In this document: one piece after another, positions 14,359 through 27,000 of the stretch
Numbering within the stretch: the stretch's first letter is position 1
Layout of the letters: every line of letters starts with the position of its first letter
NCBI RefSeq assembly: GCF_031769215.1
Contig: NW_026782001.1
Coordinates: forward strand, 620,001-684,000
Direction: 5' to 3'
Length of the DNA stretch: 64,000 nucleotides
DNA from: Ylistrum balloti
Taxonomy: Eukaryota
Made by a program: the position numbers and the translations under genes
Notes under the pieces: model-generated
The model's database searches: none
The model's input: only the letters and a program-made list of their open reading frames with translations
What the model was told of the DNA's origin: nothing

Positions 14359-15941
14359 GTAAATTCAGATTTTTCAATTGATGTGACTAAGAGATTTCTA
14401 TACCTTCCATAGTTTTACATTTTCACATATCTAGGCACGTCCGGCCCAAGTGTCTTTCACTACTTATCCATGTATGTAAGGGTATTACGTGTTATTCGGT
14501 CTTGGTACTTTCAGTCGTGGTAGACCTTAAAATTTAATGACACAGTATTGAAAGACAAGTATATGTACCACTAGATATTTGTTGTACGTCACAACTGTGT
14601 GTGGAAACCCTCTTCTTATAGAAGAGGTAGGTACACCGTAGTTTTATCATATATTGTATATTAACGAATGTCATTAATTTAGTAATTTCATGTGATTCAT
14701 TGTCAGATGTGAAACTGGTAAATTCTTTTGTATTATTAGAATTATGATAACAGTTAAATGTAACCTTTTTTTAAATATTTTGTAATAGTTTATACGGCAG
14801 AACGTGTAAGCGTTAATTACAGTGAGAATATAAAGGTATTCATCCATGTATAAGTTATTATGGAATTGTATTTTAATCCTATGTAATATGTTTCATGTTT
14901 TAGGGTTTTTTCATCCCTTCGCTGATTAAACGTGATATGATTGAGAACCCTCAGTTGTGTGTTGATCCCTCGGAAACACGATAATAGTCATTACGAATAA
15001 CGTTTATGTAGTCATAACGTCTTCGATATTCTTGTCTTTAATTTATCATTTCCTTATAGTAGCAACACTGCTTTACCACAAGTATTGCTTGTACTAAATG
15101 TGTAAAGTTATATCATTTTTTAATTTTTTATATTCCAATTGAAAATATGAACATCTTATCATTAAAACCTGTATAAAAACTTAGTTGTAGCTCAAAATTT
15201 CGAACACTATATAAGTGGTGAGTATCACTTCCAGAACAGGTCTTTATTTCTATAGAGTTTGATATCAAGTATATAAGATTTGTGAAGAGAACTTAATCTA
15301 ACCATCGGCTTTTTGGGTTTGCTGAGTTTTGTACCGTATATTCTAGTATGTCGGCCTCTATTGACTGGTGGAAATGTTTACTATAGGTTACTGTTGTTGA
15401 CATAGTTGACTTTATAAGAGTTTCATGATATTCAGTATAGAACTCGCTACTTCATTGTATTGTCATGAAGTCTCGGACCCTGTTTCCAACAATCTCTCTA
15501 GGAACGTTTCAGATAAACACTTTCGTTCTGGTTATATGAAGAGAGGTGAATGCTACTTATATCGAACATGACGGACATCAAATGGTTAAATGTAGTTTCC
15601 GGTTGATTGGTACTGTTGATGTCTACGACTACAGAAGCGTTGGTTTTTACAGTCCTTCATTTACTAAATGTTTTGCTGAATTCAATCTTCAGCTCCACCC
15701 GGTGTATTAGTGACTATTTGCAAAGTGAGCATTTGGCAACAAATGCCATGTGATAAAAACAGTTATTGACATGTTTTCAGGTGAATAGAAGGTTTTATCA
15801 ACCCGAGGTGATATCTAACGAAGCCGTAACCCAAGAAGATTGATAGGATCAAGCTTGAGGGTAGGCCAACATACTATAAATAGAATACCGAGACCAATAT
15901 ATCCTGACAAATATGGATACAAATTCCGGTAAATGACGACT

Positions 15942-15947
15942 TTTATT
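15942..15947 (-). terminator. Candidate polyadenylation signal (AATAAA) for myomodulin
   Basis: The first canonical AATAAA I found on the sense strand, about 840 nt after the stop codon. Such hexamers are common in AT-rich DNA, so support is weak. Confidence 0.3.
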
Positions 15948-16783
15948 TTACCGATTTGTCATCTACATTAAACACTGTATAGAGACAATGGTAATCATTG
16001 CTATAGTGCATTTAGAATTGATTTGTATAACAAAAATGATCAGATACTATCTCACAATAATATCAAACTGATCTTACACAATATCATTCTATCACGTGTC
16101 TCACGTTTCAAGTCGACAACTTCCGGTTTAGCACGTGTTAATGTTTTGAACATGCAGGCCGTCTTACCCCGCAAGAAAGAGATATCTTATCCATACCGGA
16201 AGTGTGGATATATCTGTCCGATAGGATAGAAATTATTTCTCTGGGCAAGGTGCCCCGGGAAATATCATCTTCTTGAGTTTTCCTTATCACCCGAAAACAG
16301 GTCAACAATTGTATAATATTCTTCAAATGGTTCCAATTCTAAAAGAGACTTTCATCTATGCCGGCTTCATTGGAGAAATCCCAGGTCTTGCTGTAGAAAT
16401 GATTGGAACTGAAATATTTCTCAAGTTATATCGTAGCAAACTTTCTTTTTGGATCCACGAATTAAATACCAGAATTCAAAGAATTTGTGTTCATCATTTG
16501 TATTTTTCCAACGAGAGATATTATGAGCGTAATGGGCGAATCTTTATACATATCTATGTAAAGATCATGTTTGATAAAAACAATCTGCATATATAAACAA
16601 TAAAACAAAAAAGGAAACACAGAAACGTTAAATTTGTTCAATAAATAAGTCAGCCCCGCGGAGTTCTGAGTCATAGATTTGTTCACCCAGTTCTTGTCTT
16701 AGATAAAAATCACCATGATTTATATATAAACACTACTGTACAAGAGTCAAAAATATATGCTATCTGATATTAGTCCATTTTCA

Positions 16784-17739
16784 TTATTTATATACATTTC
16801 TTCCCAGTCTGAGCATGTGCATGCCGCGTGTTTCCACACTGTGTTCAGATTCTGATCCACTATCATCAGTGTCCTTTTTACCCAAGCGCATCATGCGTAA
16901 TGATCTTTTTCCGTCATCAGGGCGTTTGCCGAGACGAAGCATGCGCAAACGTTTTCCAAGACGGAGCATACCTAGAGATCGCTTGTCGTCGCCTTTATTA
17001 GCTTCTTGTTGGAGTTCACTTCTGCCAAGCCTGAGCATGTTCATTCCTCGTTTTCCAATTCTCCAAAGGTTCATTCCCCGTCCGAGCCTAAGCATATGCA
17101 TTCCGCGTTTGTCGGCATCGTCTGTTTCATCAGATTCCTTCGTAGGATCAAGAGTATAAACGTAGTCGTACATGTCGTCACGCCCCAGCCTTGGCAAGGG
17201 CACAGCACGCTCGCCACCGAAAATTATTCGCCCAAATCTCGGAAGCGGTAGTGCCTTTTCCTCTTCGTTTTTGTCTTCTTCTTCATCTTCGATATAATTT
17301 TCTTTCTGTTCATCCTCCTGTTTGTCCTGTGTATCTGTAGATCGCCTGAACCTCCCCGGACGCGGTGCCAGTCTGATTTGTCGGGGTGACTCATCATCAA
17401 GATCGTAAATGCCTTCGGCACCGTCATCGAAGGACGTTCTGTCGGAATTGATGTGATCAAACAGCCACTGAAGTTCATTATCCTCACGACCGTACCTGGG
17501 AAGAGGGACCTGTCTCCGATGGTTGAACTTGTCCCCTAAAACTGATACTAATAGGTATTTTAGTTCATCTGAGCTCAAAGTGTCCAGCGATCTGCTCATC
17601 CTAGGTATGGGCATATTACGTTTTCCTAGTCGAAGCATCTGAAGACCGCGTCCTAAACGCAACATACTGAGTCCTCCTCGTCGTACTCTGTTTAACGGGG
17701 ATCCAGTTTCTTCCGATGTGCTGTCATCTTCAGTGGAAC
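16784..17739 (-). CDS. myomodulin: Myomodulin precursor, coding exon 2 (all peptide copies; joined protein 335 aa)
   Basis: The open frame extends 74 nt upstream of the track ORF, to a polypyrimidine acceptor (ctttctttttgtttccatttttcag|GT TCC ACT...), adding GSTEDDSTSEETGSPLNRVRRGGLS. It encodes GGLSMLRLG, GLQMLRLG, GMHMLRLG x2, GMNLWRIG, GMNMLRLG, SLGMLRLG, LRMLRLG and SLRMMRLG, flanked by R/KR/KK sites, plus QVPLPRYG, APRPG, ALPLPRFG and AVPLPRLG. It ends TAA TGA. MLRL-amide is the established molluscan myomodulin signature. Confidence 0.97.
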
Positions 17740-17870
17740 CTGAAAAATGGAAACAAAAAGAAAGATAAGTTACACGGTATTAAACATTGTACAAAAGACG
17801 CACAAGTGAATGGCACATTTCAGTACAAAGTAATGATTAGATACGAAAACGTTAAATCAATCAGAAAACA

Positions 17871-17925
17871 CAATCACACAGCTATTCCTTCTTTCTAAGA
17901 CTTGTCAGTGATGATAAGGGCCTAG
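17871..17925 (-). ncRNA. Hammerhead ribozyme motif, inactivated copy in the myomodulin intron (sense strand)
   Basis: The minus strand reads ctaggcccttATCATCA CTGACAA GTCT tagaa AGAA GGAA TAGCTG TG TGATT. The flank (ctagattttaagacctatgagg on plus) matches the 39.4-kb copy. Confidence 0.5.
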
Positions 17926-18275
17926 ATTTTAAGACCTATGAGGCAAATGAGAGGAAAATCCGACGTGACTGGGGAAATGTCAAAATCTAAATAAGGAGGT
18001 GCTTTTGTCCCATTTGATAATTTCAAAAGAACTTCAAGTTCAAGTGTGTATTCTGAACCGTGTAAACATTAGGGGTGAAGCAATAATGATGGCATAGAAG
18101 AAAACATATTTTATCACAAAAGTGGCGAACACCAAGCATTTTCGATACTTTTGAAGTCTTTTGAAAAACTATAATGTCTTGAAATAAAATAACTATTGGT
18201 TATTTAAGAGTGCTTCTCTTGCTGCAGTCCGTACACAAGACGACTGTTTAAAAATCTTTCGTTTATCTATTAAAA

Positions 18276-18300
18276 CTAGTTATACCCGCGATATCGCCAA
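18276..18300 (-). mobile_element. Helitron-type 3' terminus in intron 1 (element may extend to about 18930)
   Basis: The minus strand reads GCGATATCGC (palindrome) GGGTATAA CTAG|T, a hairpin about 8 nt before CTAG followed by T. A possible A|TC 5' end is at 18930. Confidence 0.45.
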
Positions 18301-18395
18301 ACCTTCCTACAAATTGCTGTCCTCCCAATGTTGGCTTTCACACGATTTTTCTATCAATCGAATAACTGTAGAAATAACGTAAAGGTGAAGTGTAT

Positions 18396-18439
18396 TGTGT
18401 GTGTGTGTGTGTGTTTCCCCCCCCCCCCCCCTTTTTTTT
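18396..18439. repeat. Compound microsatellite (TG)9, C15, T8
   Basis: Read directly from the sequence. Confidence 0.9.
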
Positions 18440-21400
18440 GTATTTTAATCGGAAGTAAGTCCAGACACTTCAAAATTTGCGATAAGCATGAGTCAATAAT
18501 CTATTATTTTGATTATAGATCTAGAAACAATAAAGAAAAAGCGCAAATATTTGTCTTCCGTAAAAAGAGCAATAGCACACTCACAGCGTGTAAACGTAAT
18601 GTATCGACAATTGAACGAAAAGGAAAACATAGTGAGAAAATTTGCTCGCCAGACAACATCGACACGCGTCACTGTTAATACAAAGCTACCGAGCAACACT
18701 TAAATGGCGTGTACTATTTAGTTGACGGAGTGTTTTTGACTGGTTGGAAGGCTAGAGGAGTTGTAAGATAAAGTTTGCTGTCAATGAAATGGTCATTTGT
18801 CACAGAGATGTGTAAAGCGTGGCGTCTTACAAGTTTGTCGGTAAACAAGGAGTGCGGAATTATGTACTCACTGTCTCGCTAAACCGATGTTATCCAGAGG
18901 ATCTCAGCTAATTACTTAAGATCGATTAGATCGGAGAAGGGATTTGTGCGTGAAAGAAGGGTAAAAGTCATAGAAACGCAGTATTTCATACTTGTTCCAA
19001 ATAGCAATGCCCAGTTTATACCAGTTTATTTTTTTGAAAAGAAGGAAAATATTTAAGAAATATAAATGTTTAAAGTTTAATCTTATAACATGAGGTCTTT
19101 TGTCTCACATTTTGGCATCGTGTTCGTAAATTCCATAGATTTCGATGTACGCTCCTGTATTACAAAATGTATATTTCTAAAACTAAATGTTACACGTTAG
19201 TTTTGGGGAAATCATTCAAAAAACATATCTGAAATGCGAAAAATATAAACCTGTTCCTCTTCCCCCTCCCAATACAGCTGTGATTCGTTATGCATGTAAC
19301 GGATTTAAAACGCTTTCATTAGAATAATCTGTTTAATGGTATGTTCTCACTTGAATATATGAACGACAGAATGGATGCACGTAGTTCATGCGTCTCAGTG
19401 ACGAGGTCAGACACGTGATTTCAGCTGATTGCGTACTGAAATATGATAATACCATCAGTGATTCGTCACCGGAAACAGATTAATATATCAGAGCATGTTC
19501 GGGAATCGCGTAATCAGAAAAGCGGAGAATTCCGGCAATCTTTCAAACAAATCTCTTGTTGAAAGTAAACTAGCTGTAGTCGTAATGTGGAAAATAATTT
19601 ATCAATAAGCATACCAACACGGGCGTGTTGCCTTTCCCGGATATGTTCAGATATCATACCGTTAAATTGGATTCTGCAATATCAAAGATTATTAACGCAA
19701 TGTTTGAATTTAACACTTTACTGAATATTTATATCTAAAATGTTTAGTTTAATGTGAATCAATAGCACGTGGAATCAGATAAATATATCGGAACAAATGG
19801 AAATTCGATAAATATTTAATCCGAATTCGAAATTGGATTTCTATCGCGTGTATCAGGTAGGACACAGGAAGATGGCAGTACAGCCTTCGCTGACGCAGAA
19901 AAAAAAAGTGTTAATTTTTTATTAGTTCAGCTTGGCGTGAATCCTGTACCAACACACATACTACAATTTTATCGGGCTATTTCAGGACAAGAAAGTCTTA
20001 ATTCACAGAAAGGTCTCCTAGGGGTTGTTGCAATCACCGAGAAGTCAAGGTTATGAATCCAAAATTGAATCAGAGTGTCCGCTGGTAAAGTCTGATTGTA
20101 TTACTGTCGTATGATATAGGTAGGATTGCTTGTTTTTACATGTGGGCCTACACCCACTTAAAAGTTCTTCATTTTCATATAATATCTATTTCACAATCTC
20201 TAAAATACATACATCCTGATGCATGTGCAATGTATTTGAATATTTTACTATTTGCAGTTTTTGCTTTTTTGTCTCTAATTTGTTATTTATTTATTTAAAT
20301 TTTCTATAGAATTTCTTCATTGTAAAATATTTTCAAACCCACAAATAGAATCTTTCCTTTGTGGTGATAAATGTGTAAGGCAGGAATACACATTAATTCA
20401 AAAACACCGCGATGGGATTTATCAAAGCGATATCCATATTACACATTCAAACAGCTAGCCTGATAAAGGCTTGCTTGACCGTGTAAAGCGTCTTGTATCT
20501 TAACTATAGTGGCATATCTTTCCATTTTGGATTTCCATTACTGTAACTACGGATTTATCGCTGAAAAAGACGTTCATATCTTTAACTCATCTGACTTTTT
20601 TTTTTTTTTAAATTGATTTTTTTATTTTTTTTTATTTTTTTTTTGGGATGGGGGGAAGCTGCAAAACAACCATGCGAATGCATCTTTATCAAAACCATGT
20701 CCTCGCGCCAATGTGTAACTTACACGCCTCAGTTCTGTTTGTATAGTCATGAGGGGAGATAATCAATAAAACTCCTTTCTAAGGAAATTGGTAATGATTT
20801 GCAACCGATTCACAATATTTTCAGACTGCGTGTCTTTACAAAATATCATCAATATATGTTGTTTTTCGTTTAGCAATAAAACATTTGATCGTACTGGTTA
20901 CGAATTGATCAGTTTGTCCACTAAGAAAGTCGACGACCATCATTCGGCAGATTCCCTCTCAAGTACAGTAGCATATGGAATAAAATTCGCCTCGCATTGT
21001 CAGAGTAAGCTACCCATAATCCCATAAACTTTATCCTGATGATTTTTAATGGCACCCCCGCCGTGTTACGAGATAATTGCTCATAAAACAATGTCATCTA
21101 CATTTCTGTGGAGGTTTTGGCAAACAATCACAGGTGCCTTAACTGCCTTTTTCTCCCAGGGCCGGGCGCTGCGCGTTCACAACAAGCCCGCGGTGACGTA
21201 CAAATTAAGTCGTTATAAGTGTCCGTATTGGCTTTGTACGTTTTATGAACGTCACGGAAACACCGAAGACAATAAAAGGCGAAAATCTATGAACACTCGA
21301 GGCATATGGATTACTTACTGGATCAGCTAAATGGTATACCCATTCATAAATGTATAATGTTTTAATGTTAGATCATAAATAAGATTGATAGATTATAAAA

Positions 21401-23986
21401 CCTAACAGTTCGTGTCAGGAGAGGTAATATGAAATTATTATTTTTCCTTAAAGCTTGAAAATCGAAGTTTTACAATGCAGGATGTAATTTCCCAGTCAAG
21501 GTAACATTTTTTTTCTCTGTCTATCCGACATTAATCAGGCCACGGTTCGACGAGATCGGCCATTACCGGCCATTTTGTTCTTGAAGTCGAGCTATTTGTG
21601 TGCCAATCTAGTGTAATAAGGTGACCTGACAGCCTCGTTGACTTTATCACACATGATTAATGTGGCACCTACCACATCCTTTCCACATAAAAGTCTTTGA
21701 ATTAGTTGTAGAGAACCTTCCTTTTTATCATATAACGGTGAAATATATCTGTTTTCATATGGCAGTCTCGCAGAACATCCGGTCTTTGTACAACGTGTCA
21801 CTAGTTTCTTAGAATTTACCCTTCTTTCTCTGTTATGAAAGAGTATTTCTATCCACATCTTAAACATCCTTATGTATTACTTTGTGTTAATTCTTTTTGG
21901 TATGCTTTCTACAAAACATAATTGATTTCTGTGTTTGCAGTATTAAGTCAAGTCAAACGATGAACACGTTTCCGTCATTTTTTGGTTGTCTTCAATATTG
22001 ATGTTGGGTAAACATAATTTTAGTTGACTGTCAGGATTGCAGAATTAATTCTATACCAGGCCACCCAACGGATGCAAAAACCAAATAATGACAATTGATC
22101 CAAAAGCCAGCGTGTTTAACCATATTAAACAATTTATTGGTGTTAGCTGTGCTCTTCAATATACAAATGTAGTTATAGTTGCATTTAAGGTTTTTTTTTA
22201 ATTAAATCTTTATTCAATCGTGATTCAGTGATACCTTTGTTTTCCTGTTTCCTGTACACTTGTTGTTGATTTCGGTATTATATGTATCACGTCCATTAAC
22301 ACTAATTCCAGCGAATTCTAGTTGTTTAAACATGTACTGTCCGGTGACAGGTACCCAGTTAATTGAGCTCGGCACTTCGACAGTCTCCGCTGTACGCAGT
22401 ATTACAGGCGATAATGGTTAGTTTCTGTCCATCATCATTAATATTAATATCTACTTTACTTTAATTCAATAATAAGTTAATACCTAGGCTTGCAGCAGAA
22501 GTACCGGAAGTGAGAAAAGGATCCTATTCAATGTTAGGATAATGGTAGTGAGTAGTATGTGATGTTCAGAGAGGAGACGGACAAAGAAATGCGGATTTTC
22601 CAGATTAACGTTGGTAGTTATTGTTATCACGTGACAGGTCATTACATTGTACTTGACTGCCCACGATGTTTACCTGAATATGACTTAATCTGACGTGATT
22701 TCTGACTATAATTCGTACACAACCTGCGTTCGGTGAGAACATTATACATGTATATTACGTACCATTGATGTTACCATACAAGTTCTACTACATGCGTTTA
22801 TTAAAGGTTTATCAATATTGGCGACGGTCATTACGATAAAATTAATACACAGCAAAACTCTATTTGCACCTCATCCCATCAAGAGTTTCAAATTAACACT
22901 CTTGTTAAAAACAATTTCAAAACCCCGAAGAAAATTCATGTACAGTGCCAAACAGAATACTCGTAACGTTTCAACTGTCCGCTCTGTTTGACCCAAGCCC
23001 CTACGTTTCCGATTGATGTACAGTAGCCACGCTAGTGCAAAGATACTAAATATACACAGAAAGATACTCTAAGGAATAATAAGCGAAACTGATATATGCT
23101 ATGACATGTTAACTATTTTTCAGTTTTGAATAATCACAAAATTCCAATGTGAAAAGATTATTGTCGTTTTCATTAAAAATCCTAATATGATTTTTCACTT
23201 CCAGATTAAGATCATGGTAATATAACGCAGTTTCTTATGTAACGATCTCACGCAAAATCCTCCAAGTATGACTTTAAAATGAGATCAAATTTTGTCCAAA
23301 ATTCCAAGTTGTTTTTGCATCGTACCTTTCGCCGTTTGTCTTAGTTACAAAAGAGGATAGTTGTAACAACCGAGAGAAATGTAAACTTGACGTGAAGTAT
23401 TCGGATCGCTCAAATAGTTAGTATACTTGAAAGCTATTTTTTCATGAAAAGCTATCTGTGATAAGATCAATTAAGGAATGAAATTCAATACTCCTCTTTT
23501 TTAACACAGGTCAATAACGACCGTTACTGATGGCAACTCCAATACCAGGTTACTCAATAAGGCTTAACACCCACACCATAAACCAATAGTCGCCCCTTCT
23601 AGTGGAGTACAAACAATGAACCGGCAAACACGCCATTCATTTACACAGAGTGAAAAAACATAATGATAAAATTGTGTTAATATATAATTAAAGTAAACAG
23701 CGTGGGTATTATCTTCTCACAACTCTGGCATGTAAATTCCCAAAATTAAAAACACACATATTTTGTTTCAAGCAACGGTGGCGCTTTGCTTTATAAATAA
23801 GATCTGTTTGGCTAATGATGTTAACATTTAATTAATTTCAGCCTTTCAAACCTTCCGAGCAATAAATCTATTCAAATCAGCTAGTTTCTCATGTTTTGTT
23901 GTCCTAGTACCTCACATTCTGACATCGCCGTATTTATAGTTCCCGCAAGAGGTAAAGCCTTTCGTGTTGGTTTGTTATCAGATAGC

Positions 23987-24061
23987 TATTTATACGACAC
24001 GCTGAACTTTTTACCGATTGGGTGTAATTATTTATACGACACGCTGAACGATTTACCGATT
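23987..24061 (+). repeat. 33-bp direct duplication (period 42 bp) in intron 1
   Basis: tatttatacgacacgctgaac(tt/ga)tttaccgatt occurs twice. Confidence 0.9.
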
Positions 24062-27000
24062 TAAACGAAATAAGATACTGGCATCAAACTTAAGCAATGA
24101 CAAAGAAAAAGGCAACAAAGCAAAAATATATAAATCAAGCCGGGAGCTAAATTTGTATGTAGACTACTTCCGGTCAGGGTCTTGTTGAAGTACATGTAAC
24201 CCCTGCTTCTTTCCCACAATCCGTCTTCCAACCACGCGCCCTCTGTCTTTTCTTATTTACATGATGTTATATAATGGCCCACCAAATGAACACCCACTAA
24301 CCGACTAATCAGCGAACCATGTTCTAAAGCTCCCAGCAATAAAGGTGTTTATATCAAAGATGCAAAAAGACGACATAAAACAATGGTATACGTGTTTAAT
24401 TCTTCCACGACGACTATTCTGGGGACCACCAATGCCGCAAGCGACACGTGACTTTTGGTACGGAACTGGCCAGTGAATTCGATCATAAATCAATGGCCTT
24501 TTTTTCTTTGATGGGTAAAATTATCTGGAAGTGCCCCAAGACATAATTAATAATTGATCAGTCTAATGTGTATAATGGCGGCCATTCGTGCCCTCTCGGA
24601 CTGTAACCAGTAGCGCTCTACATTAAATAGCGAAGGAGCTTCCGGCGAACAACCACCGTCATTGTCATCAACACGCTTGTCATTTTCCCAGACGTGCCTT
24701 ATAATGGTGACACAACAGAACACTCCCTTTGCAATCACGCATTTGCATTTTGTTTTCCAGAATAAAACATCTTCAAGGTTGTTCAGTTTATTGTAGAATA
24801 ATAAATCAATTATATAATTTTTTTGTGTTTCTTCTTGACGTGTCTCAGAGTCTATACCATGTAATATCGACATTAATTGATAGCCATTATAACCATTTGA
24901 CCTTGACAGGCTTTTGTTAAGTTGAGGAGTTGAAAAAAAAATTTGATAGATTGATATAAATATATTAACATTTTAGGTTATCACAATTCGCCTTTAAATC
25001 TTAGTCCTTTTTTACTTGCGCTACATTACACAATATTCCTTAAATGAGATTTGTTGATCAACGCCTTGATGTGAAAAATATAAATGACGATGGATGAGAA
25101 ATCATCATTGAATGATAAAGCGACTGGAGACAGTCTTCAGTAGACTAAAACTACTGACACAATAACGGAAGTTATTTCTGAAATAGTTGTTGAATACAGA
25201 AATAGTTATGCTACTAAAATGTTTTAATGAAACGTTAGACGAATGGATATCTCATTCGTAACGTCTTGAGAGAATATAATCTCTAAGTTACAATCTAGAT
25301 TACAATACGTGAGATATATCTAGTCATCTAGCAAATACATATCTCGTCAATAGCATCAAAATCATCGGTTTTATCATTAAACATCCCTTTATTCTGATAA
25401 TGTGATAGCATATACACAAATTGTAACCACTACTTTTGAATCTTATCTTGTCCTGTATCGAGGTCCCTTGTCATCCACGAGAGAATTACCAAGAGGTTGA
25501 CAAGATTAGTTAAGGATTCAACAATACACAAACGCTGTCAATCCGATCATTCGAAAGGTCAAGGCCGATTAATCAGCTGTAGTAATAGGTACCTCACCGC
25601 GTGTCATTATTAATGAAAATCTGCTTTGCCCTTGGAATATTACCTATGATACTACATTCTGTATTTATGTAAAATTACATAAAAATATCATTACTTGTAA
25701 TTTCGGTTTCAAAATGAAATCAGGAACAGCCAGGTAACATGGCAATTAAAAAAGGCAAATAAATCACATGTTATGTATTTTGACAAGATAAAACACATTT
25801 CATTTTAGGCATTGAAGGCATGTAAAAGAACTAACTGTGACATTCATAGTGAATCTTATAAGACATTGATCAACAGATACGATTCGGTTTCTGTTCGCCT
25901 GTCAAATATCTATTGACTAGTCTGTTAATCAATCATCATTTATATGTGTCAAAAATAGAATCAATTATGATCCATAAATATTTGTTGTTTTAACAACAAG
26001 ATATAATATCTGCGTATTTCTGTCGGAACGCAGTACGGTATTTACCTCGACTAGAGATAGGTCCGGACTAATTAGAGCAATCGATGATTGAATACATGAT
26101 TGTTGACGCGACGATGTTTACGACGAAGTACGATAGCTCACGCGCTACGTCTCGTGTCCGAACGATGAAGACTGACTCTTTATCTGATTACGAGAGTTCC
26201 GTGCCATTGGCTGTCTTGGACCTCGTCCTGTTTCTGCCGATAAATCAGTGCTTATCGCAAAAATCTTTCCTTTCATTGAACTCGCTTCCGCTAAGAATCG
26301 GTTCGATTACTGATCCAAAGTGTTTATCTGAAACTAAGACTGCTTTTCCGCTCGAATTTAAATCATTTGACGTCACCAACAAGCGATGTGTAATGTGAAA
26401 GATTGACATTCAACGTGCCAATAGTCAGTTGTGTTCCGGATTTTTAGAGCTTGGTCCGGATCTAATTTTGTATTTTGGTGTGTTTATTTCCGGTTCCCGT
26501 GGAAGAACTGTTTGGCAGTTTGCCTTATCCAATTAGTTTTTACTTCTATTTAACGTGATTTATATTGAAGTTGTATTAATTATGACAAATATCTCAAAAC
26601 GATATATAATAACTTTCTCTTCTGGTTAACCATTGCTAATTTCTCTTTCTTAGTCTATATAAGGTAAATGGAATGCCAAATTGAATGTTCGATGTATATT
26701 TATATACGGTTTCCCGTTTTCATCTAAAGAATTACTATGAAAGCGACCAAAGGGCGCCTTATTGTATTACAGACGCTTTAATTAACTTTGGAAAGGGAAC
26801 TTAAAGGTTATGAATTGTCGTTTGTTATTAATCACAGAGATTTTTTTTGTACTTCCATATAAACCAAAAACGAGCACGAAGAGTGATTAAATTTAGTGTA
26901 GATCAGTGAGCACTGGTCTGATTATTCATGAAGGAATCGTTTACGTAGCAGAACATATGAGTAACAAACAGATATTTGGCAAAGTTTACAGCTTACCTGT

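Noticed and set aside
16815-17487. Plus-strand ORFs 16815-17159, 17006-17251 and 17224-17487
   Set aside because: They are antisense shadows of the GC-richer, repetitive myomodulin exon, with no protein motif.
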